A stretch of DNA of 53,245 bases from Basidioascus undulatus (GCA_000826855.1 JTLS01000010.1:1-53245); one strand, 5' to 3'; positions 23,701-37,349 are shown, counted from the first letter of the stretch. Program-made: numbers and translations. The notes: generated by a model not told the origin, from the letters alone.

Positions 23701-25191
23701 GGGTGAAGGAGCAGGGGAAGGGAAGGGGAGGCGGAGAGGTGAAGCGAGCTCACAAGGGTGCGGCACAAAGGAGGGATGAACGGGAGACCTCGTATCCTGT
23801 TCCTGAAGGTGTGGGGGTTTTTGATAGAAGGAGAGGTCAGTTCGAGGCCTGGGAGAGCGGGGGGAGCAGGTAAATGAAGGAAGAGGTGGGGAGCAAGAAC
23901 GAAGGTGGGAAGGGCTGGGGGCGTACAGAACGGGTAGTGAGGGCCGACAGGCAATCATTTAGTGTCTATAGTAGTAACGGGAGATGCGAGGGCGGAGGGG
24001 CGGGTTTGATGCGAGGAGAGCGGAGGAGGGAGAGAGAGAGGGGCAGTGGGAAGAGCGGAGAAGCACACTCACCTGGCACGTCTCCTCCAGCCGATCCTAA
24101 TACAACCCTTGCGGTTCTCTGCTGGTTCAAGTGCAGAGAGCAATCTGTGCACCTGTAAGAGCGGAGGGTGAATGGAGAGATGTTCAGTGAGGCGGGTGGG
24201 AAGGGGAGAAGGAGCGGAGGTGGGGCAAGCTGGGGAGGCTGTGACACGTGGGACATGGCGGTAGGCATCAGAGCATGTGTTAAGAGGGTACTGAGGGTGT
24301 ATTTTCCGGAGGAGGGTCCGTTCCCAGGCCTCCGGGATCGGCCACCCTGCTCTGTGCACCTTGAGCCCTTGCACCCCTCTGTCGGAGCAAGTGGATGTTG
24401 GTCTCAGAAACCCCGAGAGCGCGGGCGGGAGGGTGGTGATAAACCCACACGACTGGGAGACATGAGGCACTCGGGGCGCGCAGGCTGAAGGGGGGAGGGG
24501 TGAGTGAACATAGCGGCACACATTCAAGTATCAGGGATGTAGGTAAATGCATGAGGCTCCGGAGATGGGTGAAGAAGAGGATGAACGCGCAGCAACGCGT
24601 AGGCATCCCCGCTTCGGCGGCGGCATGATGCCGTCGCAGATCGGCTTTGCGTCAAACATCGCTTCACACACACTCTCTCTTCGTGTAAGCAAGACTTCTG
24701 CCAATATTACGCTTTAGTACCCAACTGTTGCCAGTTATTAGAACATGGCATGCAAAACTTGAATACACGGACCTGCCAGAAGTATTTGACGCTCGTTGAG
24801 TACTGAGAAATGAGAGTGCAGACGCCCCAGCCCGCGCAGACGCGGACGCGCGAGAAAGCGAAATGGCAGACACCCTTTTCCCAGCATCGGCACTGGCACA
24901 TATCCCTGATCAGGTGTAGATTATTCAATTTAGTCTTATGGCAGTGCATACTTCACTTATTTCAGTTTGCTGGTCATTGCAGCTTGCAGCGGACAGATGA
25001 TCGTAGGCGGCAGTCGTTGCAAGCAGCGCCGGCAAGTACAGGCCACACAGACGCAAATGCGGTGATATGCTTCTTAATGCATAAACGTATGTTGTAGAAC
25101 AGGAATGCATCTAGATATCAGAGCCGTTGCACAAGTAAAGTCCATTACACAAGCGGAGAGTATCCCTACGCACCCAAGTTACGCATCTACG

Positions 25192-25940
25192 TCAAAGCTG
25201 TTCCAGCATCTCGTTCAGGCATTTAGTCACCTCCACCGCCGCAAGCTTAACTTTGTTGCAGTTCCGCAGAGCTACAAAGCGCGGCAGGAGCCGCTGCAGC
25301 CGGTCGGGGTGGAACTTGCGGATGGCCTCGCGGACGAAGGACCGCCACGTCGAGCCAGCCTGCATTTTCGCGAACAGCAGGTACTTGCGTATTGCGTACG
25401 GGGAGAAGGGCGTGGCGTGGGCACCTTCGCTTGTGCAGAACGTGGGGAAGGGGAAGGTATCGTAGGTGAGGGAGAGGGGAGGGGACGCAGCCGCTGCCGT
25501 CGCAGTCGCAGAGGAGCGCATGATGGCCCAGAGGCGGTCGTGCTCCTTGACCTGCGCCGCGAGAGACTCGTTGTGGTCTGCGCTGCGGATCTTGGTGGCC
25601 GCCTTGTGTCGCTTCGGGCCGTCGTGGGCGGTGCGGACGACGTGCTCTGCGTCGGCCGTTGCCCTTGCTCGGCGCTTGCGCTCCTTCCGCGCCTGCTCCT
25701 CCTCCCGCTCTCGCTCGGCGGCCTTCTCCGCCTCCCGCCGCTCCTTCTCCACCTTCTGCTTCCGCCACTCGGCGAAGAGCTTCCACACCTTGGCCATCCT
25801 TGCCTTCTTCGCCTCCTTCTCCCGCTTGCGCTCCTCCTGCGCCTCGCGCGCCCTCTTGCCTCCTCCTCCATCTTCGCCTTCGCCTGCCTCAGCTCTTCCT
25901 TTTTCTTCTCCATGCGCTCGCGCAGGCGCGCGATCTCCAT
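25192..25940 (-). pseudogene. Coiled-coil protein with C-terminal FPFP...IRKFHPDR domain (NFKBIL1 C-terminus-like), probable frameshift
   Basis: The charged coiled coil MEIARLRERMEKKKEELRQAKAKMEEE switches frame near 25860 into KRAREAQEERKREKE...YDTFPFP...FVREAIRKFHPDRL...EVTKCLNEMLEQL*. No introns seen. Confidence 0.5.
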
Positions 25941-28254
25941 GCGAGCCTCCTGTGAATCGCACCCTTAGCGGTGCATCTCGAGCAGAACCTGTATGACTTT
26001 ATTGCATGCATCGCGGGCCCCTGCATCGGTGGAGCGAGAGGAGGGATTGAAAACAGGGCATTTCCCAGAGTCGTGTTGTATGGAAGATCTGGTATTGTAA
26101 GGATGGTAGCAGTGAGGTTTGGCGTGCGAAGAGGGATTGCCGATGGGGATGTGCGATGCGGAATGCCAATGGCGCGGACCTATACGAAGGATCGGCAGTA
26201 CCAAGGTGTGAGCATGTATACTTCGGGTCGTCATAACGCAAGAAAAAGGTCGAGAACTGGCAGTGCAACGGCGATCGCTTGGCGCATCGTGTGCAACACA
26301 AAGGTATTGTCTGTGGACGGCACTCGGACTTTCAGCAGACTAGGGACACGGACATAAAAACTGGCTCACATTCAATAGTCCCCCAGCCTCCTATAGAGCT
26401 CAACATACGACCCATCCGCACTGAGCCCGAAGCTGCGACAGAGCTCGCCAAGACCGCCGGAGTTGAGGGCGTTACGAGTCGAGCACACTGGTGTCAGCGA
26501 ACAGTTGCCCTTCATGGGAGAAACTTTCCGCACATATTAATTTTGATATCACTGTTAAGGGTAACAACTGTCTTGTCGGTCCAATAAGAAATGAAGGGTG
26601 AGGGGTACGCAAGGGTAGGGTACAGAAGGTGACACAAGCGCGGAGGCCACAGCCTGTTTGGCCTTAGCCTGAGATTGTCAAAGAAGACGGGATTGCCCAG
26701 CCTACCACAAAAGTCGGCAAGCAAGTGGGGGGTGGAAAGTTTGTCCCAATGAAAACGCGGCTCAGGTATATCATAGATACACGACAGGAAAATAGCCATA
26801 CATTATTTCTTTCTCGGCTTTTTAGATTGTTCAATGCCCACCTACATGTTCCGTTTCCCCTTAACATTTCAATTAGCTTTTCATAGGCAGTCTAAACGAC
26901 GGGCGCAGCATCGTGAACACTCAGTGGGTTGCCTGTATGAGTAATGCGAGCTATTCACGTCTTGCCTCTGAGCGGTCACCATACTTCGCCGATGGGTCGC
27001 CTATCGTGGTGAATAGGAACAAAAAAGATGAGAGGATCTTCGTATGAAGACATGAACAGAACTAGAAAATAGTGCGAAGTATTCGGTACAAAATAACGTG
27101 TGCACTCTATCCTCAGCTGACGAAAAACGCGCTCTCCAACTCCTTCACAGTTGATCTGTCGTCTAAAGCTTTTTTTGTTCCAGACGTGTCCCTACCACCA
27201 GTCCAACCCATCGAGGTGCTCCTACTGGAGCGCGCTGGAGTCGCTCTTGTGCAACTCTTCACTGTGGGATTGTGCCAGGAGACCCCTTTCCTGTAGGCTT
27301 TCCCATGAACGCGAGGACAGTCACCCTCTGGCGGCCGGAAAATAATTATTTCAGAAGACAGTTTTCTCTGAGTGTTATACCGGGAGGCACACCTCAAGGT
27401 CCTTAAGCAGTTTCCTCAGATACTGAAACATAAGTCCACTCCATGGCCAGGGCGTGCGCAGTTGTCGCGGTACAATGGTCCGTCGAGCATACATTCCGCC
27501 CTCTTGACAATGGGAAGTGATAAACCTTCCGCATCGGGACACATGCCGTTCTTTTGTGTACTTAGGTGCTTCATCGAGCCGACTTCGCAGCGGCGGGCAA
27601 CAGGCACAGTGCTCGTTCGTCGACATGATGGCAAGTAATCATGAGCGACTGGAGATCGCTAAAGCTCGACATTCTATTACAAAAAAAGCTTCGAGGGTTT
27701 TTATATGTAGAACATCCCTTCCTACCCGTGGAGAAGGGAGAAGAGCACATAAAAGACCGAAATGCCTTCCAATGGCCACCTCAGGATGTTGGCTCAACGG
27801 CGTTTTGATCACTGTCTTGCACGCTTACGTGGCAATGCATAATGTGTGCCTTCCCATTTCTTGTAATCCAAGGACTATATCACATAGCTTCCCGTATGCT
27901 AAGTTGACCGTCTGTATGCTTGGGCAGCGGTAACAGCGGTTGTTGTCTCCCGGTGCGCCGGTCCGGACATCGCAACTCCTCGCATGCTGATCCCATCCAA
28001 ATCACCGAGCGGGCAAATAAGAATTCACATGCATCAGATCTCCGGTGGTCTTCGTAATCAGGGCCCGTATGTGTACGGCAGTGCCGGACGGCAAGAACGG
28101 CTATGATCAGGTGTTCACCACACCGGCGAATTTCAGTGAAATGCACAGCTTTGCAAGCTATCATCACAGCATGTTATAAAGCTGAGGGTCCTTCGGCTCG
28201 CTTTCTATTTCTCTCTTTGTATTTTTGACCTTACCCCTTGTCTGCGCCCCCATC

Positions 28255-31200
28255 ATGGCTGCATCAGCTCAGCCAAGGGCTTTCGAAAAGCTCAACGTCG
28301 AGGCGGTACTGGCCCAGCTCACTATGAAGGAAAAGATCAACCTTCTCGCAGCGCTGGACATGTGGTACGCAGCAACTCTCTCCAGTTTTTCCATCAATTA
28401 CTCATCTTAGTGGGGAACAGGCACACCGTCCCTGTTCCTCGGTTGGGCGTCCCGTCGATCCGGTGCGCTTTGAGTAGGGTCGACCGCCAACTAAAGCTGA
28501 CTTCCGATGTATTTCAGCATGACCGACGGTCCTAACGGTGCACGTGGAACCCGCTTTCTAGAAGGCACACCGGCGAACTGCTTTCCGGCGGCGACGGGAC
28601 TAGGCGCATCCTGGGACGTGGATCTCGTTGCCCGCGTCGGTGCTGCTTTGGCGGCCGAAACCAAGGCGAAAGGTCCTCCTGTTCTTTCGCCATTAGCCTA
28701 CCTGCCCTGAGAGCTACAGCCCTTATCCCATTCTAGGAGCTTAGGTTCTTCTGGCCCCGACCATCAACATCCAGCGCTCTCCCTTGGGAGGTCGTGGTTT
28801 CGACTCCTACAGCGAGCCTGTAGAGTGGTCCTGAAGACACATGTTTCACAAACCCTATTTGTGGCTCTTCAATTCAGGACCCGCATCTGAATGGGACGCT
28901 AGCGCGGGCCTTCATAGAGGGCCTTCAGAGCGAAGGAATAGCAGCGACCATCAAGCACTTCGTGCGTGACCCTTTCGTCCAATATCATGATGTCCTCGCT
29001 AGACTGACATGTTAATTACTAGGTGTGCAATGATCAAGAGTTTGAGGTAAACCGTCCTTTTCGTTGTCCTCTGATTGGAGGGTGCAACGAGCTCACGTTC
29101 GGGTTCGCATTTCGCCGCGTACATACGCACCGTAACAGCATTTCCGGTCTGTCACCAACATCAAAGGTCGGGCGATGGCAAAAGTTGACCTGTGCACATC
29201 CCTTCTGCAGCGGAACTTTCGGAGAGAACCCTTCGGGAGATCTACCTTCGTCCTTTTGAACTCGCCGTCCGCCAGCCGAAGGCGCCTTGGTCCGTCATGA
29301 CCGCCTACAATTGCGTCAAAGGTCTGCATGCTTCCGAGAATCCCCGGTTGCTTGAGGGCATCCTGCGTGGAGAGTGGGGTTGGGAAGGTAAGCTGGGTCT
29401 TTTAATCATAGTTGGCGGTTGTGCCGGTTGCTGACACTTGACTCTGACGAGTAAAGGCCTTGTCATGTCCGACTGGTGCGCAGGAATATCTCGGGATGCC
29501 CTTGGCTTTCGGGGCTGATTGAAAAATCGGAACAGGTACGGGACTTATTCCGCCAGTGCGGCTGTGAAAGCGGGCCTCGACCTTGAAGCTCCCGTACGCG
29601 TGCCTGCTCATATGCCCGCGCCTCTGCCGACCTTCGCTCAATGGATTCTACAGGGCCCCACTGTGGTTCGCGGTAGCGCTCTTCAACGGGCATTCCGATG
29701 CAAGAAGGTCTCGATAGATGACATCAACGCGCGGGCCCAGAACGTGCGTGCACAATCGTGGCTCTCGCTTTGCGCCTCTGAACCATCATGCATTCGTCAG
29801 GTTCTCGAGTTCATCAAACCGAGTGCAACCTAGAGGGGTACCCGAGTAAACAGATTTATCTGTATAGACTATAACTGAACTAACGCTTCCTTTGCAGAAA
29901 CGCACCGGAGTCCAACATCGACACGCCTGTGATTCGCAAGCTGCTTCGGGAGGCCGCTGCCGTAAGAATGCCTCACTTGTCAACGTTTCAGGTCTGAAAG
30001 TGCTTACAGGTTTCGATATTCCAGACTTCCGTAGTGCTCCTCAAGAACGAGGCTTCAATCCTTCCTCTTCCGAAGAGCTTGAAAAATGTCGCGGTTATTG
30101 GCCCCGACGCAAAAGCGGCAGTCGTTTCGGGCGGCGGGTGAGTTATCCTCTATTGACGCTCCTGAACCGATCTGAGCTCGGCTGCACTACGCTGCCTGTA
30201 TGGGATCTCTCCGTTCCGGGCGATCTCCGAGGCAGCGGCGGAGTTTGGCACCGAGGTCACGTATGCCCGCGGGGCAAACACCTACTGTTTTACCCCGGTG
30301 TTCGTACGTACTCCTTCTCAATTTGATACTATGACACATAAAAGAAACTTTAAGGCTGTTCAGGGCCCTGAGCTAAGGGATAAGCGCGGCGACGCGGGTG
30401 TCGATGTGCGGTTCTTCAACTAAGACCCACTGCACGCTGCTGCCCAGCCTGCCTTTGCCATGGTAGCGTGAGTGTCGGTTACTTCTCTGATTTTGAATAT
30501 ATAAACTGATGGTTCTTTATAGGTCTTCCACTTCTCTTTTCTTCAACGACGGTCTTCCGCCCCCCGAAGTGCTGAGCCTGGCCTGTTGGGCCGAGCTCAG
30601 CGGCACCCTCACTCCCGAAACATAGGCGAAGGTACGTCTGTCTAATCATCTGGTGAAAACAGATAGTAAATGCGCTGAAGCTTGGATATTTCAGTTCATT
30701 CTCGGACTCGCTTCAGCTGGGCCTTCGGACGTCTACATCGACGGAAAGTGAGTCAAAGCAAAGTTTCAGTCCGGGTCCACGCTGCGAAAATATCTGATGA
30801 AACGAACTGGTACATAGGAAAGTCGTCGATAACTCCACCAACCCGAGACCGGGCACCCTCTTCTTTGGCTCGTAAGCTTGCTTAGAAAACAAGGAAGAAG
30901 CGAGCTGATGCAGCGTCTGATTTCGCCTGCAGCGGCTCCACCGAGGCCACCGCGACGGTCGAGCTAGAAGCTGGCAGGTCGTACGAACTCCTCGTTCGCT
31001 ACCACCACCAGTCATGGCAAAGCAAGGCGCCGGTACTCAGTCGATGACCTCGCGCGGCGGCATACGCATCGGCATAGCGCCGAGCAAGACCGAGGACGAG
31101 TTCCTCAGCGAGGCGGTCAGCGTTGCAAAAGACGCCGACGCCGTAGTTCTTCTTGTAGGGCTCAACTCTGGTACGGCAAAGATGCTTTTATCATTGATGG

Positions 31201-32339
31201 AAGACCGAAATCTCACGACGAACATATGAAGACTTTGAAAGCGAGGGCTTCGACCGGCCGCACATGCGCCTGCCTCCCGCTGCCGACAAGCTTGCCGAAG
31301 CGGTCCTCGCGGCTAACGCAAATACCGCCGGTAGGCTTCCATACACATGCTTACCCAGACCACCAGAGCGCCTTTGACCTTTGTTTCTTAGTGGTCGTTC
31401 AAAGCGGCACCCCGGTCGAGATGCCCTGGGCAAAGAACGCCCGCGCCCTCTTGCAATCCTTCTATGGCGGTAATGAAGTCGTGAGTAACGATATGCGATA
31501 TATGATGTCCCAACGCAGGACTTAAATTCCGTGCTTTCTATTAGGGAACGGGCATTGCAGACGTCCTATGGGGAAAGATCAACCTGTCTGCGCGTCTGCC
31601 TTTGACTTTCCCTCACCGCCTCGAGGACTCGCCGTCCCACCTCAACCTTCCAGGAGAGAATGGAAAGGTTCATTACGGTGCGCCTTTTTTCTTGGCTGAC
31701 TTTAATTCGCAATGTGCTAACCTCCGCTGCGTAGCCGAGGGCATCTTTGTCGGGTATCGGTGCGTCTCTTTCATCCCCACTTGACAACAGCCGCGAGGTG
31801 CTGCCTGCCTCTTACACTCTATCGGAGCAGCCACTTTGACACGGTCGGGAAGGACGTCCTCTTCCCCTTCGGAGCTGTCCAGAGGTCGGTCAAATACAAG
31901 GCTCATTGTTGTGGTCCTAAGCTCGTACAGCTCACAGCTTTTCTCATCTCTCAGCTACACCACCTTCTCCTACTCGGACGCGGCACTCTCGGGAAACATC
32001 CAGAATGGCGTTGGGCGCGTCGTCGTATCGGTCAAGGTCACCAGCACGGGCGGACTTCCTGGGCGGGAGACTGTGCAGGTCTACGTCCGCGATGTGCAAT
32101 CGCGCCTGCAGCGGCCGGCAAAGGAGCTCAAGGGCTACGCGAAGACGGCTGTCCTGCAGCCCGGGCAGTCGGAGACGGTGTCGCTCGAGCTCGACCGTCT
32201 GGCCCTTGGCTACTTCGATGACGCTCTGAGCCGATGGGTCGCTGAGAAGGGCGACTTCAGGATCCTCTTCGGGGCGTCGTCGGCTGATATCCGACAGGAG
32301 CTGGAGTTCGTGCTGGAGGAGACTTTCACTTGGCTGTAA
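28255..32339 (+). pseudogene. GH3 beta-glucosidase with PA14-like insert and FnIII-like C-terminal domain, disrupted
   Basis: Motifs LTMKEKINLL, MTDGPNGARG, LAPTINIQRSPLGGRGF, IKHF, LVMSDW (nucleophile), ESEGFDR and RPAKELKGY. Lesions: in-frame TAG 28742, no GT donor after about 28816, +1 frameshift near 29817, TAA 30421, TAG 30623, frameshift near 31005. Confidence 0.88.
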
Positions 32340-33140
32340 AGCGAAGATATTTTGGGCGGCCTGATTGGGCGGCCTGACATATAATGCGCTCGGAATTGCT
32401 TGGAATGAAATTTCTGGATTGGGCGTGCCCAATGATGGTCTCATGAATCAGGTTAACGCCTTTCAATGCTTTCCTGTTGTAAATATGCTGCTCCGCCCCT
32501 CAGGTGTATTGTAAAGATGAGAATTTGCACTGAAGGCGCAGCATGCTCGGGGCATTGAGGTCATGAGTACGTGAATGCACAGTGCCAGCACCAACAAATG
32601 ATTCCGAGTCGCGTTGAGGAGGCCCTGAAATGGGCCATATTCCCAAGGTCTCAATCTCTCTCGGCACCACGCTCTGGAAGTCGAGATGCTACGTATGCAG
32701 ATGCCATTCAGATCCGAACCAAAATATGCACTAATCGCGCTCCAGGCATCCTCCTTTGCTTGCATGAAGTTGCACAGGCGGAGGCCGCGGTGCGCCTTTC
32801 TCAGCCTTTCCGTGCTCGTTGTCATCCCACTGTTATAGCTCCTGCATTCCTTATCCAGGAAGACACGGAAGAACTTATGTGAAAATCTTTCTGGCGTTTC
32901 GTAAGGCACGCCTAGGTCCTCAGTTGGCCCAATCATTGTAAAGCCTCGAAGGTTCATGTAGGCTTCCACAATCATCGCCGCAGCATCCAAAGACACACTG
33001 ATTCGTGCGTCAAAAATGCAATGGGGTATGATGCGAGGCAAGATGTAGAAAAATACAACGTGAAGAGCGGGTGAAGAGAGGAAACGCAAGAAGAAACCAC
33101 AAACCGACAATGACGCAGACCACCACCCGCCGCCAACGAC

Positions 33141-36100
33141 CTACGAAATCCAGACCAACCCTTCTCTCCACTGGCTCTTACCACTGCGCGCCAAGCCCGC
33201 ATCCACAGCGACGCTTGCGCCTCCAGAGCCGCCCCAGTCCCACTCCCTCCGATCCCCCATCCTTGCGCGCATCAGGGCAGTCCAGGAGATTTTGCTGCCT
33301 ACATCAGCGGCGATCGCCCCGGCCCCAGCCCTGGAGCGCTCGAACGCGTACGTCGACGTGGAGCTCGGGGGAAGGTCGACGCCCGGCGGCAACACGGCTG
33401 TTGCGCGCACTGCTTGGCCGGAGAGGAAGACAAGCGCGGGCGGGTGGGAGACGCTCGGCGCGGTTGGGACAGCGGTGGGCGCAGTCATGGGGAAGACGGG
33501 GAGGCTGGTCAAGGTACATTTCGTTGCGGCTGTGGATGATAGAGCGTTTAGTCATAACAGGGGCATGGTTCTCGGCAAGCAAGGCCAAGAGCGTACGGGT
33601 GCCGAGGAATCCGCGGGTCTGCCCGCGATGCAGCTCGTTCGACAACGCCTTGACGTCCGAGTATAGGATGCTCCTGCAACCCTCGAGCAACGAGATCTGT
33701 GCCCAAAGGTTTTACTTTCTGCCGTGCGACCATCTCTCCAGCCCGAAGCGCACCTGAAGGTTGAAGTCCTGCAAGATTTTAATGAGCGCCTCCTTGAGTC
33801 CAGGGATCTCGAGCCCGTCCTTGATGCGCCGGATGAGCCGGATAGGGTCGATCTCGGCGCCGACGTTCTCCAGAAGGCCGCGGATGAACACTTGGCGCAA
33901 TGCGCGCGTGGTCAGACTTTAAAACCGGAGGAAGCGAAGAGAAGAGAGCATGACCTACGAGGTCGCGTCTCCGAGTACTTGAGGAGATCCTCCCAGAGGT
34001 CGTCATCGTTCTGCTCCTTGGCAAACTCGATGGCCTGCAGCGTTCGTCAAGGCGAAAGGAAGTCGTCAGCTTCAGCACGAGCCAAGCGAAGTGGGTGGAT
34101 CCGCAACGCACCCGCTGAACATCCCCGAGCCGCTCGATGATAAGGCTTAGAGCCTGCTTGTTCGATCCCATCCGCCCGAGAAGGAACACCATCTCCGGAA
34201 CGAGGTCGCGCTCCTTGCATTCTTGATACGCCTGTGCGTGTCGTCCATCTCCTCCGTCAGCTTCAATCTAGCAGCGAAGTCAGCGTGGCATGACGGACCT
34301 TCTCGAGGCTGTAGAACTGGCTTGCGCGCAGGAAGTCCATCAGACGGGGGTAATCGAACTCGGCGTAGAGCTCGACCTTCGTTTCGGCGTCATGAGTCTG
34401 CATGTGGAGCAGACGAGTGAAGGGAACGCACCTGCATGTCGCCGTAATCGGAAGCCAGATGAGGGTCCTTCTGGAAAAGCGCGTCGAGGTACATGTATAG
34501 ATACCGCGGCTCGAGCTCGAGCTGGGACACGACGCGGTTGATCTGTGGCCCTTCCGGCGTGTCAGTATCTATACATGCGAAGCACATGCAGTGACCAAGC
34601 GCAGCACGCACCTGAATCGAATGCGTGTGATCCACCAGCAAGTTGATCGCTGCGCCATGCCGTTCCCTGCTCGGCTTCTCCTCCCCAGACAAGAGGGGCA
34701 GCGCCGGCGACTCCTGCTCGCTCGCGGCCGCGTCCTTGTCCTCATCCTTCTTCGACATGGACTCGTCGAACTCGACGAGCTGCCGCGCCTGGTCCTGCAC
34801 GTCGGTCCATAGGCTGTGGTTCTTGATGAGGTCGAACACGCCCGCGCGGCGCAGGCGGAGGTAATACGGCAGCGCTTTCCCCGGCTGACGGTTTGCGACG
34901 TAGCTGTTTGAAGGGGGAAAGGCGCAGGCGACAAAGAGGTGAGTTGAGTCGAGCGGTAGGGCAGAAGCGGGAAGAGGACTAGACGCACAGGTCGGCGAGA
35001 CAGTCCATGAGTACTGTTGATGACGGGCTTCGCTCGAGTTCGCCCTGCACTGCGACGATGACCACGCTGATGTCGTAGATGTCGCTCGGCCATTCTCGGA
35101 TCGTGCGGAGGAGCGCCTGGGGAGAAGCCGCATAATCACAGTCAGCTCAGGATTGCACATGCGTGCGTGTCCAGCCGTACTGCGCACCTCGCGGTCAGAG
35201 CGGAGCAGATGGGCGAGGACCATGCCGTACACGAGCCGGCCGAGCTGCGGCTCGTGGGTGGGAATGAAGGGGATGATGATCTGCGCAGTCGGTTGCACGG
35301 TCAGGAGCACGCACAGTCAGGAGCCCGTTAGTAGAGGGATATACGTGAAGGTACGTGCCTGTAGCTGTCTTTCTTGCGCATAGAGAAATACGAAATCCTC
35401 CCACGCCTTGACGTTCTGGCCGAGGATCGACGGTGCGGTGGACGCGGCCTTCTCGTAGTTCCCTGTAAAATGCAGTCTTGAGCACCTCACGTATGGTGCA
35501 TCAGCCCTCAAAGCGAAAGCGTACCTCGTCCGACAAGCCATTCCAGATATCTCCGTCCAATATCGTTCAAATCAAACCCGCGATCCGGCCCGAGCTGCTC
35601 CGCCGCCCTCAGCGCCTCCTCATACCGCTCGTTCTCGAGCAGCCAGTTGACGTGGTCGACCTCGTCGCGCGGGCGCACACGCACGACGTCCCTCGGGCTC
35701 ATAACCAGGAAGAATGGATCGCCCTGCGTGCCCTCCGCGGACGGGACGAGCGCGTAGTCGTTGCAGCCGTACAGGTGGTAGTCCGTCAGGCTGAGCGCGT
35801 CGTCCGCGCTCTCCTCGCCCTCGCGCGAGATGATTCGGAGCTCGGGGCGGTTAGCCGCCCTCCGGCGCTGCGCGTCGCGGTCCGCGGGCGGGGCCTGGTC
35901 GGCGGAGGCTGCGAGCCCGTCGGGCGCGATCCATGCGAGGACGAGGAGGTCGGACGTGAAGGGCGCGATGGAGGAGATCATGCAGTCGGTTTGGAAGGTA
36001 GACTTGATTTCGGCGATGAGGGTCGGGTGGGAGGAGGGCGTGGGGACGGGGTCGGAGTAGGGGCGCCGCGGACGGATGTGCACGATCCGGATGATATCTG

Positions 36101-37349
36101 CCCAGGAGATGAGGAGCGTGTTGTCGTCTTGCCAGAAGAGGGTCGCTTTGAAGAGGTCTGCTCGTGGAGCGCCGGGCGTGCGCTCAATGAACGCTAGACG
36201 CATCGCTGCGGAGGTGTCGTATATCCGGACGCCCTGTTCCAAGCGCTTTTCTGCTTCAGCGTCCTCTTGACAAATACTAAAAGCCTGGGGAAGGGCTGTA
36301 CGCACCGCATCGTTCGCCCACGCGATGAAGTTCCCCCTCCACCTGACAGCCCACATCGGCCCCTCGCGCCCCTCCGGCTGCAGCTCGACCTCCTTATGGC
36401 CCAGCCACCCCTTCTCGTGAAGGACGAGCCGCCCTGCCATCCCGCCGCAGACAAATGCGCGCGTCGAGCGCCGGCCAAACAGCGGGTCCAGGGCGATGGC
36501 GCGCATGGGGCGCCGGAAGTCGAACGCGTACCGCTCGGGCGTGGTGAGGGAGGAGATGAAGACTTGGCCTGGGAACAGGGCAGCGCGTAAGAGGGAAGAT
36601 GAGCGGGCAGAGGGGATGAATATGGCATACCGTCGACTGAGGCGGAGGCGATGAATTCGGAAGCCGCATCGAGGGAGATATCGTAGATCGTCGCGGTGTG
36701 TGGTCGGAAGACTTTGGACCGCTGCCCGTCATGCGAGAAGACGTGGAGGAAGCCAGCGTGCGTCCCAAGGGCCTGGAACAAGCCCACCTTCATCAGTTGT
36801 AGCCAGTAAAGAGGCATGAAAGCTTATAGGGCACACCATGAACTCGCTTGTAGCCACCAGACAGGACGCCGTGTCCTTGATCAAGCTGGTCGCGACGTCG
36901 CCCGTGACGCGCTCATACTTGAACGGCGGCTCGAAAGGCTCGTCGTCGTCTTCCTCCTCCTCGTCCTCATCTTCGTCCTCTCCCTCACTCTCGTCCTCGC
37001 TATCCTCCGTACGCCCGCCATCTCCGGAGACCAGCGGCGCCGCGGCTCCTGCTGCCGCTAGCGCTGGACCCGGCGGTGGGTCCGCGGGCTGCGGCGACTG
37101 CTCCTCCTCGTCGCCAGAATCCTCTCCCTCTTCACCAACTTCCCTCTCCTCTTCATCCTCCTCATCGCTCCCTTCCTCCTCGCTATCCTCCTCCTCCCCG
37201 CTCCCGGAGTCAGACTCCACCGCACTGCGCGGCTTTCCGTCCGGCTCCGCTGCGGCTGGGTCGTCTCGTGGTCGTCCGTTCGCAGGCGTTGTCGTTATTC
37301 CGTTCGTTATAGAGGGCGGCGGTGCTGATTCGGCTGCAGAGTACGACAT
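33141..37349 (-). CDS. VPS41: Vacuolar protein sorting 41 (HOPS subunit)
   Basis: Acidic N-terminus, then EPPFKYERV...KDTASCL...ALGTHAG, WD40 region (LVLHEKGWLGHKE, WRGNFIAWAND), PRDEVDHVNWLLENERYEEAL, clathrin-repeat region (MVFLLGRMGSNKQAL) and RIKDGLEIPGLKEALIKILQDFNLQ. Confidence 0.93.

Noticed and set aside
27375..27634. ORFs ending CLPV and CFSI
   Set aside because: Poor CAAX boxes with no pheromone-like composition; expected by chance.
28742..30625. In-frame stops as evidence of stop-codon reassignment or readthrough
   Set aside because: Frameshifts co-occur in the same gene, and intact genes here end normally at TAG, TAA or TGA.
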